Below are positions 1 to 10,185 of a stretch of DNA of 64,000 bases, piece by piece (the first letter of the stretch is position 1; the number at the start of each line of letters is the position of its first letter). Position numbers and translations under genes: made by a program. Source of the DNA: Pseudomonadota bacterium (lineage in GTDB: Bacteria; Pseudomonadota; Gammaproteobacteria; Steroidobacterales; GCA-2729495); the NCBI GenBank assembly GCA_036155675.1, contig JAYZVL010000041.1:1961-65960 (forward strand). Direction: 5' to 3'. Below the pieces are notes generated by a model. The model had not been told where the DNA came from, searched no databases, and saw nothing but the letters and a program-made list of their open reading frames with translations.

Positions 1-587
1 TCGATTGGTTCTATAAGAATAGTAACAGGACCGTTTTTCCCAGAATCAACGCTCAAATTTTTTCCGACTACGTCATAAATAATCTTTTCCCCGCTTATTT
101 CATTGGTTCCATCATAAAATCGAGCGTCGTTATATAATTCAAGTATTCCAGTGTCTATTTGGTAAAACATTCGAATTGCTTCACCATTATTAGATTTACC
201 CTCATTTAGAAGAATTTGTTCAAAACGTGCTGGCGTCCCTTTAATTTCTGCATTAACTAATTGATGGTTTTTGAAACGAACTCTAGCTTCATTGCAAAAT
301 AGTTTTGTAGTCTCCGTTTTAACTTCGACGTTACCACTAAAAACCCACTCCCCATTAGCAAAATCAAGTCTGCTAGTTTCAGCATGATTTGATTTGATTA
401 ATATTTCTCCTTGCCTAATTTCTAAACCACGAAAATTTAAACGGCCTGAATCAAAATCCGATGATTTTGTGCGTAATTCAATTGGAAGCTCTTTCTGATT
501 ATTTTGGAGCCCTTGATTGATGTGATTGCTAGCATTTGCAGAAAATGCTAAAAGTAAAAAAAAATTTATCGGAATAAGTTTAATCAC
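1..587 (-). CDS. lptA: LPS export periplasmic protein LptA (partial, 3' end runs off the window start)
   Basis: Own minus-strand translation: GTG at 587 and signal-like IKLIPINFFLLLAFSANA. OstA-type sequence follows (GRLNFRGLEIRQGEILIKSNHAE...GTPARFEQ...ISGEKIIYDV). Lies 4 nt downstream of lptC, as in the kdsD-kdsC-lptC-lptA operon. Absent from the ORF track because it has no stop in the window. Confidence 0.75.
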   Translation of the reverse strand, partial: MIKLIPINFFLLLAFSANASNHINQGLQNNQKELPIELRTKSSDFDSGRLNFRGLEIRQGEILIKSNHAETSRLDFANGEWVFSGNVEVKTETTKLFCNEARVRFKNHQLVNAEIKGTPARFEQILLNEGKSNNGEAIRMFYQIDTGILELYNDARFYDGTNEISGEKIIYDVVGKNLSVDSGKNGPVTILIEPI

Positions 588-591
588 GGAT

Positions 592-1161
592 TTAATTTAC
601 TGGAGAAAAACTTCCTTTAACCTGAGATAATAATTTTAACCTATTTTGGTTAAGATCAACCTCAATTCCTTTAGCTTTGACTAGTCGACCATCATAGTCA
701 ACGATTACATCTTGATTTGTTCTTGCTTGATTTTTACTTGGATTGATAGCCATTTTTTCTGTTGTAATTTTTGTTGGTATTTGATTTTTCTCACCAGATT
801 GAACAACAACATTTCCGAATAATTCAATAATACTTCCATCTGATGGGATACGACCTTCATCCGCGCTCATTTTCCAGCCCTTTAATTCTTTTGGTGTATA
901 AAGCATCTCAACTTCTCTCATAGTAATACTGTCATCCGCTATTACATGAGAGGCTCTGTCCATTGTTAATTGATAGAGAATTTCACCATTAGCGCCCATG
1001 CCGCTTATTTCAGCTGTATCTAGATAGTAGGCTAAGCTCAGACTATCTTTGATATCTGATATTTTTGGTTCACGTGTCTTAAAATATAAAATACTGCTTA
1101 GGGATGTTGCTAAAAACAACAAGATAAATTTTAGCATTACGCTTGAATTCGGAAGTTTCAT
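592..1161 (-). CDS. lptC: LPS export system protein LptC
   Basis: 189 aa with one N-terminal TM helix (LKFILLFLATSLSSILYF) and a beta-rich periplasmic part. Located between kdsC and lptA, the conserved position. Confidence 0.75.
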   Translation of the reverse strand: MKLPNSSVMLKFILLFLATSLSSILYFKTREPKISDIKDSLSLAYYLDTAEISGMGANGEILYQLTMDRASHVIADDSITMREVEMLYTPKELKGWKMSADEGRIPSDGSIIELFGNVVVQSGEKNQIPTKITTEKMAINPSKNQARTNQDVIVDYDGRLVKAKGIEVDLNQNRLKLLSQVKGSFSPVN

Positions 1162-1163
1162 TC

Positions 1164-1688
1164 TTAGTCTTTTTTAGTTGATTGAGCATCAAATAATAAG
1201 TCACAGACTTCGCGAACTGCTCCTCGACCACCACCTTTCGTTGTTTGCCAGTTTGCTAATAATTTAATATCTGCATGAGCATCAGCTACAGCAACTCCTA
1301 AACCAGCAAGGGTCAAACATTCTGCATCGGGAATATCGTCACCCACATAAGCTACTTCTTTCCATTCATATCCACATTCATTTATAAGTCGCTGCAATAT
1401 TAAATCTTTTCTTGACACACCCTGAAAAACTTTCTCTATCCCAAGCTCTCCCGCTCTTTTTCTTACTGCATTTGATTCTCTGCCTGATATTAGTGCAATC
1501 TGAAGCCCTAATTTAATTATGCTGCGTATACCGTAACCATCATGAGCATGAAAAATTTTGGATTCCTTCCCTTTTGAATCAAAATGTAAGCGCCCGTCTG
1601 TCAGAACACCATCGACATCTAATGCAAGCATCCTAATTCCTGAGGCAACTTGAGTTAGTTTTCTAGAATCAAAAAAATTCTCGGCCAT
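1164..1688 (-). CDS. kdsC: 3-deoxy-D-manno-octulosonate 8-phosphate phosphatase KdsC (HAD family)
   Basis: HAD motif LALDVDGVLTDG, later VAYVGDDIPD. 174 aa, immediately downstream of kdsD. Confidence 0.9.
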   Translation of the reverse strand: MAENFFDSRKLTQVASGIRMLALDVDGVLTDGRLHFDSKGKESKIFHAHDGYGIRSIIKLGLQIALISGRESNAVRKRAGELGIEKVFQGVSRKDLILQRLINECGYEWKEVAYVGDDIPDAECLTLAGLGVAVADAHADIKLLANWQTTKGGGRGAVREVCDLLFDAQSTKKD

Positions 1689-1690
1689 AT

Positions 1691-2674
1691 TTACATAACC
1701 CCTGCACGAAAAAGGTCATGAATATTTAATGCTCCGATAGTTTTATTTTTTTCATCAACCACAACTAAGGAATTTATCTTGTTTTGCTCAAGCACATGAA
1801 ATGCTTCTGCTGCAAGCATATTAGCAGTTACGGTTTTGCATTTTGTATTCATAACTTCTTTCATTGATGTCTTATTTAAATTGATGTTCTCATCAATAGC
1901 ACGCCTCAAATCTCCATCCGTAAAAATTCCAAGTAAATTGCCATCTTCATCTGTTATAGCAGACATACCTAAGCCTTTAGAAGTAATTTCGATAAGGCAA
2001 TCAGCCAGAGATGTTTCTGGACGAACTTGAGGAATTTCAGTGCCAGTATGCATAAGATCTTCAATTCGAAGTAATAATTTTCTACCTAATTTACCTCCAG
2101 GGTGTGAGAGTGCGAAATCCTTTTCTGTAAAACCTCTACTCTCCAGTAATGTAACTGCAAGTGCATCTCCTACTGCTAGGGCAGCCGTTGAGCTAGCAGT
2201 AGGTGTTAGATTAAGAGGACAAGCTTCTTGCTTTACACTAATATCGAGAGAAACGTATGCACTATTAGAGAGTGTTGAGTTTAATTTGCCACTTAAGATT
2301 ATTAAGGGAATAGCCAGTCTTTTTATAAGCGGTAAAAGTGTTATCAATTCAGTTGTTTCACCTGAGTTAGATAATGCTATAACAACATCTTTTTTAGTGA
2401 TCATGCCAAAGTCACAATGACTTGCTTCGGCGGGATGCACAAAGAATGCAGGGGTGCCGGTACTAGCAAGAGTTGCTGCGATTTTTCTAGCAATATGACC
2501 AGATTTTCCCATACCTGTTACTACAATACGTCCTTCACAAGTTAAGCATAATTCGCAGACCTTAAGAAAATTCTTTCCGAGCCGAGGTGAAATGTCTTTA
2601 ATAGCTTCAGCTTCGATCTGAAGAACCTTTTTTGCAGTAGCAATTAGGTTGGAATTAGTAGCATCTTCTTTCAT
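1691..2674 (-). CDS. kdsD: arabinose-5-phosphate isomerase KdsD (SIS + tandem CBS)
   Basis: SIS motifs GMGKSGHIARKIAATLASTGTPAFFVHP and ALSNSGET. C-terminal CBS-like repeats. 327 aa with kdsC downstream. Confidence 0.9.
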   Translation of the reverse strand: MKEDATNSNLIATAKKVLQIEAEAIKDISPRLGKNFLKVCELCLTCEGRIVVTGMGKSGHIARKIAATLASTGTPAFFVHPAEASHCDFGMITKKDVVIALSNSGETTELITLLPLIKRLAIPLIILSGKLNSTLSNSAYVSLDISVKQEACPLNLTPTASSTAALAVGDALAVTLLESRGFTEKDFALSHPGGKLGRKLLLRIEDLMHTGTEIPQVRPETSLADCLIEITSKGLGMSAITDEDGNLLGIFTDGDLRRAIDENINLNKTSMKEVMNTKCKTVTANMLAAEAFHVLEQNKINSLVVVDEKNKTIGALNIHDLFRAGVM

Positions 2675-2704
2675 TAATTTGAGCTCGGTTGTTTATTTTA
2701 GAGT

Positions 2705-3667
2705 CTAGATATTCAAACTTAATATTATGACTTGGTATATCAAGAATACCCCTAACATCATTATTCCGGTTAATCGTCCAAATCCCCCTTTTTGAGAGGT
2801 ATTTCCGATAATTCTTAGTAATGATAGCGTCAAAAGGATCATTATTGGGTAATGAAGATAAAGAACTGATCGATCAAGTTCCGCAGGATGGATAATTCCA
2901 GCAACGCCAATCACAGCAAGCAGATTAAACACATTGGAACCAATAATATTTCCAACAGCAATGCCTTCTTGTTTTTTTATAATGCTAATAATCGAGATTG
3001 CCAGCTCTGGTAAGCTTGTGCCTATTGCAACTATTGTTAGGCCTATTATTAATTCGCTTACTCCAAATGCCCTTGCTAGATTTTCTGCGCCATTCACTAG
3101 AAGATTTGAGCCGAATAATAAAAGCACAAATCCAAAAATAATGAAAATTAAACTATTTTTTTGGCTTATTTCTTTTGAGATTTCAACTTCTTTAATAAGT
3201 GTTTTTGCATAACTGCTATGCCTAGCTCTTTTTGCAAGCCAATAAAGAAATAAGCACATTGTAAAAATTAAAATTAACCCATCAAGCCGATCAAGTTTGA
3301 AATCTATTAACAGAAAAATTGCGCATATAGTTAAAAAAATCAGTAAGTAAATTTGTAGGCGTAACATATCTGATTTAGAGCTAATTATCGGTTTAAAGAT
3401 TGCTGTAACACCCATAACTAAAGCTATATTAGCGATATTGGAACCAATAGCGTTTCCTATAGCGATTCCTGTTAACCCTTTTAGAGCTGCTGATGCAGAA
3501 ACCATGATTTCTGGGGTAGAAGTGGCAAAACCGACAATAGTTAACCCAATGAGAAAAGGAGATACGCCAAGGTTGCGCGCTAGCGCGCTAGCGCCAATAA
3601 TGAACCTATCGGCACCCCAAACTAATATCCCAAATCCGCTTAAAGTTAATAATATGTCTAAGAACAT
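2705..3667 (-). CDS. yrbG: Ca2+/Na+ antiporter family inner-membrane protein (YrbG-like)
   Basis: Polytopic 320-aa protein with two alpha-repeats (GNAIGSNIANI and GNIIGSNVFNL). Upstream of kdsD, as in E. coli. Confidence 0.85.
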   Translation of the reverse strand: MFLDILLTLSGFGILVWGADRFIIGASALARNLGVSPFLIGLTIVGFATSTPEIMVSASAALKGLTGIAIGNAIGSNIANIALVMGVTAIFKPIISSKSDMLRLQIYLLIFLTICAIFLLIDFKLDRLDGLILIFTMCLFLYWLAKRARHSSYAKTLIKEVEISKEISQKNSLIFIIFGFVLLLFGSNLLVNGAENLARAFGVSELIIGLTIVAIGTSLPELAISIISIIKKQEGIAVGNIIGSNVFNLLAVIGVAGIIHPAELDRSVLYLHYPIMILLTLSLLRIIGNTSQKGGFGRLTGIMMLGVFLIYQVIILSLNI

Positions 3668-3838
3668 GCCTTTTTCGCTATCTATACCCAGAATAGATCA
3701 AAAATTATTTCTAGTAAGCTATTTCTAAGGCTAATCATACACAATCGATAATATGTATAAATTTCTATTTCTAAAATGCTTTACCAATGCCTTCAAGCTC
3801 GCTAGTCTCATGATTGTTAGTTAAAGAGGTTTTTTTAG

Positions 3839-4075
3839 ATGACACCTACTGAAATTGAAATTCTTATTGAAAAAGGCTTACCTGAAAGTAAAGCGAAAGT
3901 TGTTAGTGATGATAATACTCATTTCGATGCTATTGTTATTTGTGCTGAATTTTTGGGTAAGCCCCCACTTAGGCGGCATCAGATGGTCTATAAGACATTA
4001 GGTGATTTAGTGGGTGGAGAAATCCATGCTTTAACTATTCAGGCAATTACGCCCGATGAAGAATTTCAAGAATAA
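3839..4075 (+). CDS. ibaG: BolA-family protein IbaG/YrbA
   Basis: 78 aa with BolA pattern [27 protein letters not shown]...[14 protein letters not shown]. Directly upstream of murA, as in E. coli. Confidence 0.8.
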   Translation: MTPTEIEILIEKGLPESKAKVVSDDNTHFDAIVICAEFLGKPPLRRHQMVYKTLGDLVGGEIHALTIQAITPDEEFQE

Positions 4076-4086
4076 GAGCTGTTAGC

Positions 4087-5343
4087 GTGGAAAAACTTTT
4101 GATCGAAGGCGGATCTAAGATTAACGGCGAAGTAAATGTTTCTGGCGCAAAAAATGCGAGTCTGCCGATTCTAGCTGCTACTTTACTTTCTTCTGCAAAG
4201 TTACGCATCACAAATGTTCCTCATTTGCGTGATGTTACAACAACAATAGAGCTATTAGGCCGATTAGGTGCTGAAGTTACACTTCATGAACCAATGGAAA
4301 TTGAAGTTGACACTACAAATGTCAATGAATTTAAAGCACCATATGATTTAGTAAAAACTATGCGCGCATCAATTCTTGTGCTTGGCCCATTGCTTGCTCG
4401 TTATGGACGAGCAGATGTTTCTTTACCTGGGGGATGCGCAATTGGGGCAAGGCCAGTTAATTTTCATGTGAATGGTTTGCGTTCATTGGGCGCGGATGTT
4501 GATATTCAGGAAGGATATATTAGAGCTCGCGCAAAAAAACTCATAGGCAATAAAATTTTACTTGACGCGGTATCTGTTACTGGAACAGAGAACCTCTTAA
4601 TGGCCGCAGTTCTTGCTGAAGGCGAAACTATTTTAGACAATGCAGCCCAAGAACCAGAAGTAAAAGATCTTGCTGATTTTTTAATCTCTATGGGAGCTAA
4701 TATTTCTGGCGCAGGAACAAAAAGAATTGTTATTCAGGGTGTGAAAGAGCTTTTAGGCACCACTTATAAAGTCATGCCAGATCGCATTGAAGCTGCTACT
4801 TACCTCGTTGCAGCGGCTATTACAGGTGGCCAAGTTAAACTTAAAAATGTTATCTCAGAACATCTTCAGTCTGTTTTGCAAAAACTACAGGAAGCCGGAG
4901 CCTCTATAGAGATTGGTAATGATTGGATTGATCTTGATATGAATGGAGCTGAATTACTTTCAACGGATATTATTACTGATCCATATCCTGGGTTTCCTAC
5001 TGATATGCAGGCTCAATTTATGACTCTTAATTCGGTGGCTATTGGAACTAGTAAAGTTACTGAAACGGTTTTCGAAAACCGTTTTATGCATGTTTCTGAA
5101 TTACAACGTATGGGCGCTAAAATCGCTTTATCAGGCAATAAAGCTATTGTGCAAGGTGTTTCTCAACTGCATGGAGCTCCTGTTATGGCTACTGATCTTC
5201 GTGCCTCAGCTAGTTTAGTATTGGCGGGCTTGGTCGCAAAAGGTGAAACTATTGTTGATCGAATCTATCATATTGATCGTGGGTATGAGCGCATTGAGGA
5301 AAAATTAGGTCAACTTGGCGCTAATATAAGACGATTTAATTGA
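4087..5343 (+). CDS. murA: UDP-N-acetylglucosamine 1-carboxyvinyltransferase MurA
   Basis: 418 aa. [35 protein letters not shown] (catalytic Cys loop) and [18 protein letters not shown] start. Confidence 0.95.
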   Translation: MEKLLIEGGSKINGEVNVSGAKNASLPILAATLLSSAKLRITNVPHLRDVTTTIELLGRLGAEVTLHEPMEIEVDTTNVNEFKAPYDLVKTMRASILVLGPLLARYGRADVSLPGGCAIGARPVNFHVNGLRSLGADVDIQEGYIRARAKKLIGNKILLDAVSVTGTENLLMAAVLAEGETILDNAAQEPEVKDLADFLISMGANISGAGTKRIVIQGVKELLGTTYKVMPDRIEAATYLVAAAITGGQVKLKNVISEHLQSVLQKLQEAGASIEIGNDWIDLDMNGAELLSTDIITDPYPGFPTDMQAQFMTLNSVAIGTSKVTETVFENRFMHVSELQRMGAKIALSGNKAIVQGVSQLHGAPVMATDLRASASLVLAGLVAKGETIVDRIYHIDRGYERIEEKLGQLGANIRRFN

Positions 5344-5373
5344 GGTTATCCTAAAAGTTCCTAAGAATAGCCA

Positions 5374-5401
5374 TAGTCAAGTGGATTGTGGCGTGTATAA
5401 T
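5374..5401 (+). promoter_or_regulatory. candidate sigma70 promoter for petABC
   Basis: TAGTCA (5374-5379), 16-nt spacer, TG-preceded TATAAT (5396-5401). About 155 nt upstream of the petA ATG. Motif match only. Confidence 0.35.
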
Positions 5402-5556
5402 CCGCGTTTTCTTCGCAGAGATAACTCAATCAATTGGTTTTGGTGCTGATTATGAATTGAGTTGTGTTCGAATTTTTTTCAAAACGAAGAAAATGCTTCC
5501 TGGGCTTTTAAACTAGTAAGGTTTATCTAAATGTTAAATTCAAAGGGCTTTTAATC

Positions 5557-6153
5557 ATGAGCAACCACTCAGATCTTAGCCGTAGAAAATTTCTAAGTAT
5601 TGCAACTAGTGTGACCGGAGCGATTGGAGCCGCAGGTGCTGCTTACCCATTTTTGGCTTCATGGAAGCCTAGCGCCCGAGCAAGGGCTCTTGGAGCGCCG
5701 GTTGAGGTTGATATTAGTAAACTCGAATCAGGAGCAGTTTTAAGAGTAATTTGGCGCGGCAAACCAATCACAATTTTGAAACGTTCTGAGGAAATGCTTG
5801 ATCGAATGCTTAAAAGCAACAATAAGCTTGAAGATCCTGATTCTGAAGTCAGTGATCAGCAACCAGAATATGCCAGAAATGCATACAGATCAATCAAACC
5901 AGAAATTCTCGTAGTTGTAAGTAGTTGCACTCATCTTGGGTGTGTTCCAACTAGTAGATTCGAAGTTGCTCCTTCTGATCTTGGATCTGATTGGGTTGGT
6001 GGATTCTTTTGCCCTTGTCATGGATCTAAATTTGATTTCTCTGGAAGAGTATTTGCTAGCGTGCCAGCTCCATTAAACCTTGAGGTTCCGCCATATAGAT
6101 TTTTGGATGAAACACTAATCCTGATAGGGCAGGATCCGGGGGAAATAGCTTGA
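5557..6153 (+). CDS. petA: ubiquinol-cytochrome c reductase Rieske iron-sulfur subunit
   Basis: Tat-like RRKFL signal. Rieske boxes CTHLGC and CPCHGS. 198 aa, followed by cytochrome b and c1. Confidence 0.95.
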   Translation: MSNHSDLSRRKFLSIATSVTGAIGAAGAAYPFLASWKPSARARALGAPVEVDISKLESGAVLRVIWRGKPITILKRSEEMLDRMLKSNNKLEDPDSEVSDQQPEYARNAYRSIKPEILVVVSSCTHLGCVPTSRFEVAPSDLGSDWVGGFFCPCHGSKFDFSGRVFASVPAPLNLEVPPYRFLDETLILIGQDPGEIA

Positions 6154-7595
6154 AAATTTCTGAAACTAATAATTTTCCTAAAACTCGTGGTTCACGCCTC
6201 ATGGATTGGATTGATGAGAGATTTCCACTAAGTAAGATGTTGCGAGAACATGCTACAGAATATTATGCAGGTAAAAACTTTAATATTTGGTATGTTTTTG
6301 GCGTTTTGGCAATGCTCGTTCTGATTATTCAGATTGTTACCGGAATTTTCTTAACGATGAGTTATAAACCTTCTGCGGAGGATGCATTTTCTTCCGTTGA
6401 GTACATAATGCGTGATGTCGAATGGGGTTGGCTAATTAGGTATATTCATTCTACAGGTGCATCAGCATTCTTTATTGTCGTTTATTTGCATATGTTTAGA
6501 GCAATGCTCTATGGCTCATATAAAAACCCAAGAGAATTACTTTGGCTGATTGGAATGCTGATTTATGTTGCTCTAATGGCAGAAGGATTTTTTGGATATT
6601 TATTACCTTGGGGGCAAATGTCTTATTGGGGTGCACAAGTCATTATATCTCTATTTGGTGCTTTACCGATTGTTGGCGATCCTTTAGTTGAGTGGATTCG
6701 AGGTGATTACAATATTTCTGATATTACATTAAACCGTTTTTTTGCACTTCATGTTATTGCTTTGCCTTTAGCTCTTGTGATGCTAGTTGTGATGCATATT
6801 CTTGCATTACATGAAACTGGCTCAAACAATCCTGACGGTATTGAAATTAAGAAAACCAAGGGCCCAGATGGTATTCCTCTTGATGGTATTGCTTTCCACC
6901 CTTATTACACTTCGAAGGATTTAGTGGCTATTATTGTTTTTCTGATTCTGTTTTTTTCTGTCGTTTTTTTCGCCCCTGAAATGGGCGGATATTTTCTTGA
7001 GCATGCTAATTTTGAACCTGCTAATACCCTAAAAACACCAGAACATATTGCTCCAGTTTGGTATTTCACACCTTTTTATGCAATTTTAAGAGCAGTGCCA
7101 AGTAAGCTCGGAGGGGTTTTATTATTGGGCTCAGCGATTTTTGTTTTATTCTTTTTGCCTTGGCTGGATAGGTGTAAGGTCAAATCTATTCGCTATCGCG
7201 GCTGGGATTATAAGATTCCTCTAACTGTATTTGCCACAAGTTTCATTGTTTTAGGTTACTTGGGATTAAAACCTGCTATTGGTATTTATACTTTTATGGC
7301 CCAAATTTTCACTGCTTTTTATTATGGATTCTTTATCTATTTAGCGGTTTACACTGGAAAAGATAAAGGAGTAACGCTTAGAACCGGAGTAGCTTTTTCT
7401 CTTGTTTTATTAATAATCGGGCTTTTGTTTAGCGATACTCTTACTCTTGGTTTTGAAGAGCTTGAAGCGCCATCAGAGATTGCAATTTACGCTTGCGCTT
7501 GGCTTTTTTCTTTAATTTATTCTGGGTTTTTTATGTTTCTTTGTTTTTATGCTGGTAGGGAGCCGGAAGGCCCTGTACCAGATCGACTTAAATAA
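6150..7595 (+). CDS. petB: cytochrome b of the bc1 complex (with C-terminal extension)
   Basis: MDWIDERFP, heme-ligand regions [12 protein letters not shown] and [10 protein letters not shown], plus [19 protein letters not shown] (PEWY-type). TTG start at 6150 overlaps the petA stop and has a GGGGGAAA SD. An ATG at 6201 is an alternative start. Confidence 0.93.
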   Translation: MKISETNNFPKTRGSRLMDWIDERFPLSKMLREHATEYYAGKNFNIWYVFGVLAMLVLIIQIVTGIFLTMSYKPSAEDAFSSVEYIMRDVEWGWLIRYIHSTGASAFFIVVYLHMFRAMLYGSYKNPRELLWLIGMLIYVALMAEGFFGYLLPWGQMSYWGAQVIISLFGALPIVGDPLVEWIRGDYNISDITLNRFFALHVIALPLALVMLVVMHILALHETGSNNPDGIEIKKTKGPDGIPLDGIAFHPYYTSKDLVAIIVFLILFFSVVFFAPEMGGYFLEHANFEPANTLKTPEHIAPVWYFTPFYAILRAVPSKLGGVLLLGSAIFVLFFLPWLDRCKVKSIRYRGWDYKIPLTVFATSFIVLGYLGLKPAIGIYTFMAQIFTAFYYGFFIYLAVYTGKDKGVTLRTGVAFSLVLLIIGLLFSDTLTLGFEELEAPSEIAIYACAWLFSLIYSGFFMFLCFYAGREPEGPVPDRLK

Positions 7596-7599
7596 GATA

Positions 7600-8400
7600 A
7601 TGTTTAAACTGTTTATTAAATTTTGCGTTAAGGATTTACAGATTAAATCTGTAATGTTTTCCGTTATTCTTTGCCTCTTTTATTCAACGTCTATCTTTGC
7701 GGCATCTGCTAATACAATAATCCAGACTGCTGAAAATGACGTTGCTAACATAGCATCCTTGCAGAGAGGAGCTCGAAACTTCGTTAATTATTGTATGGCT
7801 TGCCATTCGATTAAGTATGTGCGTTTTAATAAATTACAGGAAGCTTTGGAATTAACCGAAGATCAGGTTAAAAATAATTTGATGTTTGCTGCCGATAAAA
7901 TAGATGAAAATATTACAAATGCTATGTCCATCAATGATGCAGAGAAATGGTTTGGCCAAGCACCGCCTGATTTAAGCTTGATTTCTAGAAGTCGAGGAAC
8001 AGACTGGGTTTATACTTTTTTAAAAAGTTTTTATAGAGATGATCGTTCTTCATCTGGTGTTAATAACCTTATGTTGCCTAATACTTCTATGCCCCATGTT
8101 CTTTGGGAGTTACAGGGTTTGCAAAATGCTAAATTTGCTTCGACTATTAGAGATGAGAAAATTATTAATAATTTTGCCAATCCTGATGAATTTCAGAAAT
8201 TTGAATTTGAATATTCAGGAACTTTGACACCTTCAGAATATGATCAATTTGTCGTTGATATTGTTAATTTTCTTGATTGGGCTGGGACACCAGAACGTTT
8301 GGAGAGGCAGTCATTAGGTATTTGGGTGATTTTATTTTTGTTTGTATTTTTGATGTTTGCATATTTACTCAAGATTGAGATTTGGAAGGATTTAGACTAA
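7600..8400 (+). CDS. petC: cytochrome c1
   Basis: Signal peptide then heme motif CMACHS, PPDLSLI, and a C-terminal TM anchor (IWVILFLFVFLMFAYLL). I use the ATG at 7600, just after the petB stop, not the track start 7549 that overlaps petB. Confidence 0.85.
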   Translation: MFKLFIKFCVKDLQIKSVMFSVILCLFYSTSIFAASANTIIQTAENDVANIASLQRGARNFVNYCMACHSIKYVRFNKLQEALELTEDQVKNNLMFAADKIDENITNAMSINDAEKWFGQAPPDLSLISRSRGTDWVYTFLKSFYRDDRSSSGVNNLMLPNTSMPHVLWELQGLQNAKFASTIRDEKIINNFANPDEFQKFEFEYSGTLTPSEYDQFVVDIVNFLDWAGTPERLERQSLGIWVILFLFVFLMFAYLLKIEIWKDLD

Positions 8401-8519
8401 CTAAATTGTTGAAAATTTTTTATATCTAAAAATTAATTTTCTTCCAATCTGATATGGTTTTTTAATTTATGATCAGAGCATTAGACCTCTTATCCGGAAA
8501 AAATTAGGTAATTTTAAAA

Positions 8520-9119
8520 ATGACGTTATATTCTAGCCCTACTTGTTTTTATAGTCATCGCGCTCGATTGGTAATGGCAGAAAAAAGTATCAATATTGAT
8601 ATTGTTGATGTGGATCGTGCAAATTTGCCTGAAGATCTATTAGATTTGAACCCTTATCAAAGCCTACCAACATTAGTTGATCGCGATCTAGTTTTGTATG
8701 ATTCGCGAGTAATTATTGAATATCTTGATGAGCGTTTTCCACATCCTCCTTTAATGCCTGTTGATCCAGTTACTCGTGCGCAATTTCGATTAGCTCTATT
8801 TCGTATTGAGCAAGATTGGTATACACAGGCAAAGGCTATTGATGATGCTTCAGACAGGCGTCAATCTACACGTGCACGGAAAATTCTCTTAGAAAGCATT
8901 CTTTCTAGTACTGATATTTTTGATTTAAAGAAATATTTTTTGAGTGATGAATTTTCTCTTGTGGATTGCACTATAGCTCCTGTTTTATGGAGATTGCAGC
9001 ATTTTGGTATTGAGCTTGATGATTCCGCAGCGCCAATATTTAGATATATGGATGAAGTGTTTAGTCGACCTTCATTTCATGAAAGTTTGAGTGAGCTAGA
9101 ACAGGAAATGAGGCCTTGA
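8520..9119 (+). CDS. sspA: stringent starvation protein A (GST-like)
   Basis: MTLYSSPTCFYSHRARLVMAEK, LPTLVDRDLVLYDSRVIIEYLDERFPHPPLMP. sspB lies downstream. Confidence 0.9.
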   Translation: MTLYSSPTCFYSHRARLVMAEKSINIDIVDVDRANLPEDLLDLNPYQSLPTLVDRDLVLYDSRVIIEYLDERFPHPPLMPVDPVTRAQFRLALFRIEQDWYTQAKAIDDASDRRQSTRARKILLESILSSTDIFDLKKYFLSDEFSLVDCTIAPVLWRLQHFGIELDDSAAPIFRYMDEVFSRPSFHESLSELEQEMRP

Positions 9120-9139
9120 TCTCATAAAAATCGATTTAA

Positions 9140-9544
9140 ATGAAAAAAACTGAAATATCGGCACGACCTTATTTATTAAGGGCTATTCACGATTGGGTTT
9201 CAGACAATAATCAGACTCCTTTGATACTTGTTAATTCTAATGTTGATAATGCCATTTTGCCTCAAGAATATACTTCAGATGGCCAGATAATTCTTAATAT
9301 CTCTTGGTCTGCAACTCAGAACTTGTTATTTGATAATGAAAAAATTACTTTTTCAGCAAGGTTTTCTGGGAACTCAAGGCATGTTGTGATTCCTATCAAT
9401 GCAATTCAAGGGATTTATTCGCGTGAATCAGAAGAGGGTATTATGTTTGAAAATGAATCAAATATGAGTGTAGTCAAAAACAAAGTTGATACCAAAGATA
9501 ATATCCCTCAGAAAGGACGACCTGATTTAAAATTGATCAAATAG
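9140..9544 (+). CDS. sspB: ClpXP adaptor SspB
   Basis: RPYLLRAIHDWVSDNNQTPLILV N-terminal domain and a C-terminal ClpX-binding-like tail PDLKLIK. Downstream of sspA. Confidence 0.85.
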   Translation: MKKTEISARPYLLRAIHDWVSDNNQTPLILVNSNVDNAILPQEYTSDGQIILNISWSATQNLLFDNEKITFSARFSGNSRHVVIPINAIQGIYSRESEEGIMFENESNMSVVKNKVDTKDNIPQKGRPDLKLIK

Positions 9545-9558
9545 ATCGGTTGATTGAT

Positions 9559-10158
<600 letters not shown>

Positions 10159-10185
10159 CTACCTTGGGTTAATGATGTCTAACGA

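Noticed and set aside
7549-7599. Upstream extensions of track ORFs that overlap the preceding gene: petC 7549, murC 26823, ddl 29145, ftsA 30938, mutT 37925, csrA 59992, cytochrome c 61975, recA 55619
   Set aside because: In each case an internal ATG placed just after, or coupled to, the upstream stop yields the conserved N-terminus. The extensions are artefacts of longest-ORF calling.
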